From Fimbriimonadia bacterium (lineage in GTDB: Bacteria; Armatimonadota; Fimbriimonadia; Fimbriimonadales; JABRVX01), in contig JBGPGO010000030.1 of NCBI GenBank assembly GCA_041483895.1, forward strand, positions 1 to 26,684: 26,684 nt of DNA. Reading direction: 5' to 3'. Below the pieces are notes generated by a model. It had not been told where the DNA came from. It saw only the letters and a program-made list of their open reading frames with translations, and did no database searches. Made by a program: the position numbers and the translations under genes. Below are positions 8,535 to 16,671 of the stretch, piece after piece (the first letter of the stretch is position 1; each line of letters begins with the position of its first letter).

Positions 8535-9638
8535 ATGCGAGCGTCCACAAAGATCGGAATTGGTGCGGCGGTGCTCGTCGGGGGTTGGTGGGGCTACCAA
8601 TGGTGGCTGAGCGAGGCGGCAAAGCATTTTCCCACGCCGCCCATTCCTCCCGGCCGCTTCACGCTGCTTGGCCTCAAGCCGAATGACGAATATTCGATCT
8701 ACATCGCCGGGGAAACGGCGTTCATCGCGGTCGCTACCAGCGGCTCGTTCGCCAAGGGGGACCAGGGAACGATCCGGGACCGAGTGCCCACAAGCGCCCT
8801 GGTTCAGGCGAAAGGCGGGAATAAAGAGGCGCTCGGCAAGCTGGTGATGCGGATGAACAAGGAGGAGTTGGAGCAGGAAGATGCTCCCACCAATCCCAAG
8901 CTGTGGCTCCAAAGCGACATCCAAAAGGCGCTCGACGGCGACAAGGCCCTGGCGGCGAAGTTGGAGGCTGACCTCGGCATGCCGCTCAGGCCGGGCGGCC
9001 TGATTCCACCCCTCACGCCGGCCGCGCTGGACAACGGCATCGCGATCCGATTATCGATCCCGGTCAACTACGAGCTGCCCGGCGCCAGGACTATGCTGAA
9101 CGCCGAGGTAGACGTCCCGTTCCGGCCGGAGGCCGCCAAAGCGGCCGAGCAATCGCTGGGAACCAAGAATCTGTCCCCCTCGGTCTATCTTGGCGAATAT
9201 CGGAAGAGGGTGGCAAGCTCGCAAGAGGATGTGAGCCTATCTCTTCGACGGATTATCGATCCGGCGCGGCTCCGGCAGTTTGCGCAAAAGACCGAGGACC
9301 TGCTGGACAAGACATTTATCATTTTGACCGAAAAACAGATCACGGGGGCGGACTTTACAACCGTTCCGCCGGCCCCGTATAAGACCCGGTCGACCTACGA
9401 TCTTCACTTGGACATCAATCCGGAGGGGAGGGGTCGATTGTGGAGATACAGCGAGCTGTTCGGGGGCCGCACGGTGCTGGTCCTTGTGGATGACGCCGCG
9501 ATCGAGGGCTCGAAGCTCAGTCAGGGCATGAATGTATCGCACTTTACAATCACCGAGTTGAAGGACAAGAGGCGGGTCGCGCAGGCCGTACAGCTCATCA
9601 ACGAGCGCGCCGGCCGGAAGAGCGCTCAAAACAACTAG
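8535..9638 (+). CDS. Membrane-anchored hypothetical protein with a C-terminal region resembling the SecD/SecDF P1 head subdomain
   Basis: Single N-terminal TM (KIGIGAAVLVGGWWGYQWW). The C-terminal ILTEKQITGA...YDLHLDINPEGRGRLWRYS...GRTVLVLVDD resembles the SecD P1 head pattern (by eye). Confidence 0.6.
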   Translation: MRASTKIGIGAAVLVGGWWGYQWWLSEAAKHFPTPPIPPGRFTLLGLKPNDEYSIYIAGETAFIAVATSGSFAKGDQGTIRDRVPTSALVQAKGGNKEALGKLVMRMNKEELEQEDAPTNPKLWLQSDIQKALDGDKALAAKLEADLGMPLRPGGLIPPLTPAALDNGIAIRLSIPVNYELPGARTMLNAEVDVPFRPEAAKAAEQSLGTKNLSPSVYLGEYRKRVASSQEDVSLSLRRIIDPARLRQFAQKTEDLLDKTFIILTEKQITGADFTTVPPAPYKTRSTYDLHLDINPEGRGRLWRYSELFGGRTVLVLVDDAAIEGSKLSQGMNVSHFTITELKDKRRVAQAVQLINERAGRKSAQNN

Positions 9639-9641
9639 AGG

Positions 9642-9647
9642 TAGAAT
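9642..9647 (+). promoter_or_regulatory. Candidate -10 element (TAGAAT) 6 nt upstream of ATG 9654, possible leaderless transcript
   Basis: GGTAGAATTCACTGATG. The spacing would put +1 at or next to the start codon. Confidence 0.35.
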
Positions 9648-9653
9648 TCACTG

Positions 9654-10397
9654 ATGACGATGCTGGGGAGATTATTAGTTGTTGCGGGGTTGGTGTGCAC
9701 CTTGTCGGGGTGCATCAATACCGAGGCCGTGCGCGAGGAGGTCCGCGAAGCGCGCAAGGGGCCGAAGTTTCTCGATACCGAGCCGACGTCCATCGAAGAC
9801 TATTCCCCGCACGTATCGGGGATGGTGTGGAGCTACTACGTCGGCGTCAACGCCAAGCCCTCCGCGGAGCTGACCGATTTGCAGCGGGTGAAGGCCGGAA
9901 AGGACCCGGACTCGTTTGGTTACGAAACTACGTACCCAGGGACATCCACAGTCACCATCGAGCATTTTCTTATTGAGAATAACACGTTGTACATCATTGA
10001 CGCCGGTGACTCTGGAGAGGGATTTCACGCTATCAAGCCGATGAAACCACTCCTTCAGTTTCCCGCCAAACAGGGCTCAACGTGGCAATGGACGGGAAAT
10101 GGCCAAACGCTCGCCGGCGAAATGCGGCATACATCCGCCTTCCATGTGGACACGGACATCCAATTGAAGACGCGGGCAGGGCAATTCAATGTGATTCGGG
10201 TGGAAGAGACACAGGTGCCGCTCGATGCTGAACACCAAGGGGTTCGGTGCAACCTCGTGACCTTTTATGCGTCTGGCTATGGGATGGTGAAGCAGGTGAG
10301 CAAGCTGATCCAGCCCGATGGCACCTTCGAACGGGTTGAGATGGAACTGGCGGACGCGACGCTCTTAAAAGATCAAAAAAAGAAGGAGAATCCATAA
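9654..10397 (+). CDS. Putative lipoprotein, DUF3108-like/TapB-like beta-rich fold (paralog 1)
   Basis: Signal peptide with lipobox LSGC. Motifs VWSY, PLLQFP..GSTWQWTG, KTRAGQFNVIRV and TFYASGYGMVKQ. Confidence 0.6.
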   Translation: MTMLGRLLVVAGLVCTLSGCINTEAVREEVREARKGPKFLDTEPTSIEDYSPHVSGMVWSYYVGVNAKPSAELTDLQRVKAGKDPDSFGYETTYPGTSTVTIEHFLIENNTLYIIDAGDSGEGFHAIKPMKPLLQFPAKQGSTWQWTGNGQTLAGEMRHTSAFHVDTDIQLKTRAGQFNVIRVEETQVPLDAEHQGVRCNLVTFYASGYGMVKQVSKLIQPDGTFERVEMELADATLLKDQKKKENP

Positions 10398-11027
10398 ATG
10401 GGTTCAATAGCCATTTTGCTGCTGCTCGTCGGGCAGAGCCACAAAGCCGAAATCCCCACGCCCGCCGAGCTTTTTCCCGCCGCTGTCCAGATGGCCTGGC
10501 TCTATGAAAAGGATTCCAGCTTTGGCGGACTCGCGACCGGATACGGCCTTACGGTCACGCGGCGCATCGATATTGCCAAAGGGACGGCCTTGGAGGTCAG
10601 CACTTCCGATGCCGCAAAGGGCGCGAAGACCGTGTACCAGATCGATGACAAAGGCGTGTACATGCTGTCGAGCGGCCCCGGGCAGCAAAAGCTGTCCAGC
10701 CCGATGCCGCTGCTGGTCGCGCCATTGAAGCCGGGACAAAAGTGGTCTTGGAAGGGCACGCTGCCTGTTCAGGATGGCCTTTCGCAAGGTTCCATGGAGG
10801 CAAAGGTGGTTGGCTGGGAGCAGTTGACCGTTCTTGGGAAGGAGATCGACTGCCTTAAGATTGAGTCCAAGAGCAAGATCGGATCGGGCAAGGCGGAGAT
10901 CAAGGTGAGCCGCACCTCCTGGTACGCGCCGGGCATCGGATTGGTAAAAGAACACAGCGATTACAATTTCGGAAAGCAAAAGCTGTCGGAAAACATCAAT
11001 CTGACACAATTTTCCGCACCCAAATAG
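10398..11027 (+). CDS. Exported protein, DUF3108-like/TapB-like fold (paralog 2)
   Basis: Short hydrophobic N-terminus. Motifs LFP..V.MAWLY, PMPLLVAPLKPGQKWSWKG, EQLTVLGKEIDCLKI and SWYAPGIGLVKE. The start abuts the upstream stop. Confidence 0.65.
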   Translation: MGSIAILLLLVGQSHKAEIPTPAELFPAAVQMAWLYEKDSSFGGLATGYGLTVTRRIDIAKGTALEVSTSDAAKGAKTVYQIDDKGVYMLSSGPGQQKLSSPMPLLVAPLKPGQKWSWKGTLPVQDGLSQGSMEAKVVGWEQLTVLGKEIDCLKIESKSKIGSGKAEIKVSRTSWYAPGIGLVKEHSDYNFGKQKLSENINLTQFSAPK

Positions 11028-11044
11028 CCGTACATAGTCATTGT

Positions 11045-11677
11045 ATGCATCGTTTGCTGCTCCTGTTTGGCTTACCTTTGTGCGCGATAGCGGTCGTCGC
11101 GGGATGCAGTTGCGCCTCGAAAGCGGGCAACCAACCTCCGAAGCCGGGATTCAAACTGGAAAAGACCGCCGGATTTTGGCCCCGCCCTTCCAAGGCTGAA
11201 GCATTCGATGTGGAATTGGGCTCCGGGACGCTGCCGTTCGCATCGGAGCAGCAGCGGTTGACCGAGCGCGGCAAACCGGTCATTCTCCTTCGCCTTTCGG
11301 CGCAGAACGAGTTTCTGAATGAGAAGTTCGTGGTGAACGACGCCGGAATCTACTTCGTCGGAACCGATATCGACCAGTTTTCCCCGCCGATCCCACTGGT
11401 GGAGTACGGCAATCGGGTTGGGGGGAAGTGGACCTGGCACGGCTTTAATGAGACGAAGGGCGTGCCGCCAATACCGGCGACGGCGGAGATTTCGAGCGAG
11501 GAGGAGCTGCTCCGGCTCCCTTCGGGCACGTATTCCACAGTCAAGGTTGCTGTGGCCATCAGCTTGGACAGCCGCACAGGCGCAGCGGATGAGATGGCGT
11601 TCTGGTTTAGCCCCGGCAGCGGCATTGTCCGGGCAAAGCTGCCGGGATATACGCGCACGATCCGCCCGGCCAAGTAG
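11045..11677 (+). CDS. Putative lipoprotein, DUF3108-like/TapB-like fold (paralog 3)
   Basis: Signal peptide with lipobox-like VAGC. Motifs GIYFVG...FSPPIPLV...GGKWTWHG, LRLPSGTYSTVKV and FWFSPGSGIVR. Confidence 0.6.
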   Translation: MHRLLLLFGLPLCAIAVVAGCSCASKAGNQPPKPGFKLEKTAGFWPRPSKAEAFDVELGSGTLPFASEQQRLTERGKPVILLRLSAQNEFLNEKFVVNDAGIYFVGTDIDQFSPPIPLVEYGNRVGGKWTWHGFNETKGVPPIPATAEISSEEELLRLPSGTYSTVKVAVAISLDSRTGAADEMAFWFSPGSGIVRAKLPGYTRTIRPAK

Positions 11678-11838
11678 ATTGGGTTCGGGAAGGGTCGATT
11701 CGGGCGCCAACTTCTCGTCAAATGGTATTGAGGAGAGGAATCCAGCTAAAATGCCGCGAGGCGGACCGACAAATCGCCGGCATTTCCCGTCTAATAGGCA
11801 GAAGATCCGTCGAAGTGGCTGGTAAAACAACCGGGTTC

Positions 11839-11889
11839 TTGACCCTTACGAGTGTTTTGGGCATTTTGTTAGCGAAAGAACTGACAAAA
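11839..11889 (+). promoter_or_regulatory. Candidate sigma70-type promoter of the pilin cluster with an overlapping inverted repeat
   Basis: TTGACC (11839-11844), 17-nt spacer, CATTTT (11862-11867). TTTTGTTAG-N8-CTGACAAAA (11864-11889) is an imperfect palindrome. Lies in a 315-bp, relatively AT-rich intergenic gap. Confidence 0.4.
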
Positions 11890-11992
11890 AATTGGTTAGG
11901 AAGGGAACAGGCCGCGGGAAGCAGCAGTCTAAAAAACGGCAGCTAGCTTAGTTTCCGGCCCCGGATCGGTATAAAAACGAGGTCCAAAAGAA

Positions 11993-12781
11993 ATGAAGAA
12001 ACGCGCGTTTACATTAATCGAGCTCTTGACGGTCATCGCGATCATCGCGATATTGGCCGCGATCATCTTTCCGGTTTTTAATGCGGCGCGGCGCAATGCA
12101 AAGCGTACGGAGAGCGAATCGAACCTAAAGGCGATCCACACCGCGCTGAAGCTGTACCACGCCGATTACAATGCCTATCCGGAGACGCTGGGCGGGTATG
12201 TCGAGCGGTACAACAACGTTGTTCAGCGATTCGATGAGCTAAAAAGCGCACCTCTCTATAAGAATCGGATTGAGTCGGTGGGCGCTTTCCACAGTGCGCT
12301 CAACCTGAACACGAACTTGACAGCCACAACGGGCGCGCAATATCCGCAACGCTCGCAGAAGATCAGCGGTCAGTACCAGATCCAAACAGGTTGGGGCGAG
12401 GGCAAGCCCGCGATGAATTCCCAAGGACAGCCAGCCGAATTCTACATCTACGACAGCTATGACGTCGGCTTGGTGAAAGATAATAAGTCCGGTGGGATGG
12501 TGCCTGAGCTCCACTACATGCTGTTCTGGACGCAACTGGGCATGGCGGGCGGTGGCAAAGATGACGATCCACGGCAGTTGGGGTATGCGCAGCCGGATGA
12601 GAGCTCCGTCGTTACTTGGGATACCTATTTTCGGCAATACCCTGCGGGTACCGGCGCCGGGAGCGACATCCCAATTCGCAACAAGGACGACATCGTTTTG
12701 TTCCTGAACGGCACGATCAAATCCGTGGATTCGGTAAACATGTCGTTACGCGGCCAGGGCCAGTACCCGACGGATCCTTAA
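11993..12781 (+). CDS. Prepilin-type N-terminal cleavage/methylation domain protein (GspG/PilE-like, 262 aa)
   Basis: MKKRA|FTLIELLTVIAIIAILAAIIFPVF..AR...ESNLKAIHTALKLYHADY..YPETL. SD-like GAGG upstream. Confidence 0.92.
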   Translation: MKKRAFTLIELLTVIAIIAILAAIIFPVFNAARRNAKRTESESNLKAIHTALKLYHADYNAYPETLGGYVERYNNVVQRFDELKSAPLYKNRIESVGAFHSALNLNTNLTATTGAQYPQRSQKISGQYQIQTGWGEGKPAMNSQGQPAEFYIYDSYDVGLVKDNKSGGMVPELHYMLFWTQLGMAGGGKDDDPRQLGYAQPDESSVVTWDTYFRQYPAGTGAGSDIPIRNKDDIVLFLNGTIKSVDSVNMSLRGQGQYPTDP

Positions 12782-12836
12782 TGAACAGTTTGGGATTGAT
12801 CATCGGTTGCAACGGGAAAAGGGGACGGATGAAGGT

Positions 12837-14732
12837 ATGAAGCATCACAATCGCAGAGGGTCTTCGTTGATCGAAGTCCTGGTTGTCATGATCGTCCTGG
12901 TGATCGGAATCTTCAGCATCATTCGCCTCTTCCCCGGCGGCTTCTTGGCGTTGCAGCGCACGGAAGAGCAGTCCATGGCATCCCAGCTCGCCAAGCTCTA
13001 CATCGAGCGGATGAAAGGCGACCCCGAAAGCATCCCGTTCGCGATCTATCCCGTTCAATACAAGGATGTCAACGGCAACCTGCTGTTGGTGGTGGACCCG
13101 GACCGGCGGCCGGACGACATGGGATATTACGAGGAGCCGAGCGGCATTATCTACCCGCAGTACACGAGCAACATCAATCATTTCCGTCGCGTAATCGGCG
13201 AGACGGTTCGAATCCCCGCCCCGCTCCCTTATCAGGGCTCGTTCCAGGGCGATGTGAAAATGTACGGCGGCCACTATCTGCTGAAATTCGCGCCGATCCT
13301 ATTTGACGACCGGGTCTTTACGGTGTACGGCTCGAATCTGCCGGGCAGCACGGTCGTGAAGGATGCGCCGACCGACGAGGTCTGTTTCCCGTTCGGCCGC
13401 GGCGGACAGAATACGTTCTATCTGGACACGAATCTGGGTGCCATTTGGCTGCCGACGATCCCATTTCGGCCGCTGCAATTTCGGATCAACCTTTCTTATT
13501 GGGTGTCGGATAATGCGGGCCTTGTGCGGCGCGACATTGTAGACTTGGTGGTGCAGACGGATGACACGCTGATTACTAGCGATCCGGGATGCTACAAAGG
13601 CATCGATCTGAAACCACTGCTCATTGCGAACGGCGAGCAGTTCCAGGGAATTATCTGGGAGAGCGTGCAGGTCGCGCGGGTCTTCAAACGTCTGAAGCTC
13701 AGCGACGATTGGACCGACGACGCATACGAGTTCAAGCTGCTCGACGACCGAGTGGGCCACGTCATCTTCAATCCCAAGGGATACGGCTACAAAGAGCGCC
13801 GGAACAGGCAGGAGATTCCGCTGCGGGCCAATTTCGACTACGACGTTCTCAATTGGCACATCCTCAACGATGAGCGGCGCGTCGGCGAAAATAGCCTACC
13901 GGCGGTGAAGCTCAGCCTCAATCGCATCAAGCATATCGGCGATTTCAATCAGGATCAGTCCAAGTACAAAGGGATTGACATGCCGTTCAATGGCGAGGAC
14001 ACAGATATGGCGATCATTGACGTCGCCACAGGCGGAACGGTGTTCAATCCAGCCAAGCCAAATCCCGCATCATACGTCGTCGATTACACGACCGGCAACG
14101 TCAAGTTCGGCGCCGAAGTGCATATCCGCACGATCAATTCCGATGGAAGCTACGGCGAATTGGTCTTTACACCGCAAGGCCGAACGATGCGATTCCTGTA
14201 CGAAGGAACGGATGATTGGGGCGTTCAGGTCCAAAAGGCTTCTCATCAATACCAGATGACCCTAGCGCTCAGCGCCGGCGGCAAGCTCGGGATCAGCACG
14301 TACTATGTTGGCCTGTCAGGCCAAACGCCGCAGGGCCTTCCGACGCGCATCTATTTCCCGCCGTGCGACATCGGGAAGACCGTGACCGTGCGGCAATACA
14401 GTTTTATCAACTCGGGCGGGAGATCCGACATCGCCTACAACGAGACGTTCCTGATCAATGCTCCCCGCGCGGGGGATGCCGTCAATCTCGGCTACGTTGA
14501 CATTCGGGAATCGCCGACCAGCGCGGGCGCGCAAGGGTTTGATTTCGCGGCGAACATCGCGCCTGTGCTCGCCGTCGAAGGCACGTCGGTCAAGGTTCGC
14601 GTCGTGTGGGCGCCGACCCACCGCGAACGGTCGGATCAGGAGCGCAAAGACAGCTATCCGAATGTACGGTTCGTTCCGGACTGGAAGAAAATCGATTTCG
14701 ACACCAACCTTACGAAAGTAACCGTGCCATAG
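12837..14732 (+). CDS. Large prepilin-type protein, PilV/GspI-like position (~631 aa)
   Basis: MKHHNRRG|SSLIEVLVVMIVLVIGIFSIIRLFPGGF is a class III signal with Glu5. Start placed at ATG 12837. Long beta-rich C-terminal region. Confidence 0.8.
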   Translation: MKHHNRRGSSLIEVLVVMIVLVIGIFSIIRLFPGGFLALQRTEEQSMASQLAKLYIERMKGDPESIPFAIYPVQYKDVNGNLLLVVDPDRRPDDMGYYEEPSGIIYPQYTSNINHFRRVIGETVRIPAPLPYQGSFQGDVKMYGGHYLLKFAPILFDDRVFTVYGSNLPGSTVVKDAPTDEVCFPFGRGGQNTFYLDTNLGAIWLPTIPFRPLQFRINLSYWVSDNAGLVRRDIVDLVVQTDDTLITSDPGCYKGIDLKPLLIANGEQFQGIIWESVQVARVFKRLKLSDDWTDDAYEFKLLDDRVGHVIFNPKGYGYKERRNRQEIPLRANFDYDVLNWHILNDERRVGENSLPAVKLSLNRIKHIGDFNQDQSKYKGIDMPFNGEDTDMAIIDVATGGTVFNPAKPNPASYVVDYTTGNVKFGAEVHIRTINSDGSYGELVFTPQGRTMRFLYEGTDDWGVQVQKASHQYQMTLALSAGGKLGISTYYVGLSGQTPQGLPTRIYFPPCDIGKTVTVRQYSFINSGGRSDIAYNETFLINAPRAGDAVNLGYVDIRESPTSAGAQGFDFAANIAPVLAVEGTSVKVRVVWAPTHRERSDQERKDSYPNVRFVPDWKKIDFDTNLTKVTVP

Positions 14733-16652
14733 ATGACGAGAATCGCGAGACAACCGCGGGCCGGATTCACGATGATCGAGATTTTGGTGGTGATGGCCAT
14801 CACCTCCATCTTGCTGCTGCTCGTCTTTGGTCCGCTCATTCAATCGTTCAATCTGACCCGCGAGGCGCAGGCGGAGGCGGTTGCGCAGGATACGGCGCGG
14901 CGCCTCATCGACGACGTCTCGAAAGAATTGGCGAACGCCACCTTCATCCGGGACAGCAGCGGCCGGTCCGCCGGGTTGGAAATCATCATGCCGGAAGAGT
15001 ATTTTGCGGTCACGCTGCCGGAGGCGCAGCGGCACATCTATCTGCCGTACGCGAAGATCGACTTCTATCCGCCGTCGCAGGGTAACCCGGGCGATCCGCA
15101 ATATAACCCGTACGTCGGCAAGCAGGACCCGACGCTGAAGAACAAGGGACCGATCGGCACGCTGAACCTGCCGCTCGCGCGCGGAATCTCGATGGTTCGA
15201 TATTTCATCGGCCTGCAGGACCCGACCCAGGAATACCGGAATACCGCCGAGCAGAAGCTGGTTCGCGCGACGTTGGGCGACAATTTATTCGTGTTGTATC
15301 GGGCCGAGGTGATCCCTGTTCTGGCGAACGGGCAGGTCAATACGGAATTCTTTGACGTGGGTCCGGACGGGCAGCCGGTGTACGACGATCCGACGTTCTT
15401 CACCGCTACGTCTACCGATACGGCGGCCAAGCGCCAGCGAATCCAGAGTTGGCGCAACGCTTCGACTACCGTATCGATCGTGGATCGCATGGACCTGATC
15501 AACGTCGTGCGGGACCTCAAGAGCAAAGACGTGATTTTCGATCCGAACGGCAGGCCGCAGGTGAGCTCGCTTCTCTCCTTCCAGCCGCAGCGGGTGGAAG
15601 ATGAGCCGATGTCGCAGGACACGACGACGTCCCTGGGCGAAGAATTTCCGAACAAAGTCCCTTCCGGATACAACAGCCTCAATGGGGGTTGGACGGATTC
15701 TTACGGCGTCACGATCTATCGCGATCCGCTCGGAGGAACAGACAAGTATTGGACGGATGAGGAGTTCATCAACAACAAGTGGCATAGAATCGTATGGCAC
15801 CAGTTCCAGAGTATCGGGGGTAATCCCGAGTCGGAGCGGGTGTTCGACATTACGAAGTATATGGACAGCGTCCAGGCAGGAACGCCGGACCTGAAGACCG
15901 CCACCTATCAGCCGTTGAATTCCCAGCCTCTGATGTTCACCGTCGATCAGGAGACCGGCAAGCTTTCGATGACCTTCGATCGGCAGAGCTGGACGATTAC
16001 CAATCCCTGGCTGCCGAGCACCGGCCTTGCTCTGACCTGGCAATCGGATTTGAACCCGGATCCAACGACGGTAAACGGGGCATACAACTATCAGTATCGG
16101 AACCATCCGCAGTGGGATCGCCGCATCCAGCGATTTATCCGATTGCGCGATGATATGGATTCGCCTCTGGCGCTTTGGAAAAACGCCACCATCGTGCCGG
16201 GGACCGAGGTCGTGATCGGACCGGACCAGCGGCCGGGTGTGCACTATGGAGCTCCGATCTGCTTCCGGCGAGTGCCATCTCTGTCGACGGAGATGGGCCC
16301 GAACCAATATCGGATCAACTACACGGCGTTGCCGTTCGATCCGGTGGCTCTGAAGAGTCAGGGATTCGATCCCAACGATCCGGAAGTCCTGAAGTACATC
16401 ATGCCCCGGTTCGAGCCCGGATATATCCAGTTTTATTCCGACCCGTACTATCCGATGCCGGAGGGCACGAGGAACATCCAGGTGTCTTATCGCTTCCAAC
16501 TCAATACGTCGGCGGATATAGCGACAGTTGACTATTCGACGCGGGAAGTGCTGCTGATCAACATGGCGGTGCGAAAATTCACGCAGGGTGCGTCAACCGC
16601 GCACATGACCACTCTGACCAACAAAGTAAAGGTCCGCAATTTCCTCCGGTAG
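14733..16652 (+). CDS. Large prepilin-type protein, PilW/GspJ-like position (639 aa)
   Basis: MTRIARQPRAG|FTMIEILVVMAITSILLLLVFGPL...AQDTARRLIDDVSKELANA. The C-terminal TLTNKVKVRN resembles the PilW/GspJ terminal strand. ATG abuts the upstream TAG. Confidence 0.85.
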   Translation: MTRIARQPRAGFTMIEILVVMAITSILLLLVFGPLIQSFNLTREAQAEAVAQDTARRLIDDVSKELANATFIRDSSGRSAGLEIIMPEEYFAVTLPEAQRHIYLPYAKIDFYPPSQGNPGDPQYNPYVGKQDPTLKNKGPIGTLNLPLARGISMVRYFIGLQDPTQEYRNTAEQKLVRATLGDNLFVLYRAEVIPVLANGQVNTEFFDVGPDGQPVYDDPTFFTATSTDTAAKRQRIQSWRNASTTVSIVDRMDLINVVRDLKSKDVIFDPNGRPQVSSLLSFQPQRVEDEPMSQDTTTSLGEEFPNKVPSGYNSLNGGWTDSYGVTIYRDPLGGTDKYWTDEEFINNKWHRIVWHQFQSIGGNPESERVFDITKYMDSVQAGTPDLKTATYQPLNSQPLMFTVDQETGKLSMTFDRQSWTITNPWLPSTGLALTWQSDLNPDPTTVNGAYNYQYRNHPQWDRRIQRFIRLRDDMDSPLALWKNATIVPGTEVVIGPDQRPGVHYGAPICFRRVPSLSTEMGPNQYRINYTALPFDPVALKSQGFDPNDPEVLKYIMPRFEPGYIQFYSDPYYPMPEGTRNIQVSYRFQLNTSADIATVDYSTREVLLINMAVRKFTQGASTAHMTTLTNKVKVRNFLR

Positions 16653-16671
16653 GGCCTTGGAGAACAATCGT

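Noticed and set aside
11722..11946. 74-aa ORF in the intergenic gap before the pilin cluster
   Set aside because: No recognisable features, and it spans the candidate promoter; probably spurious.
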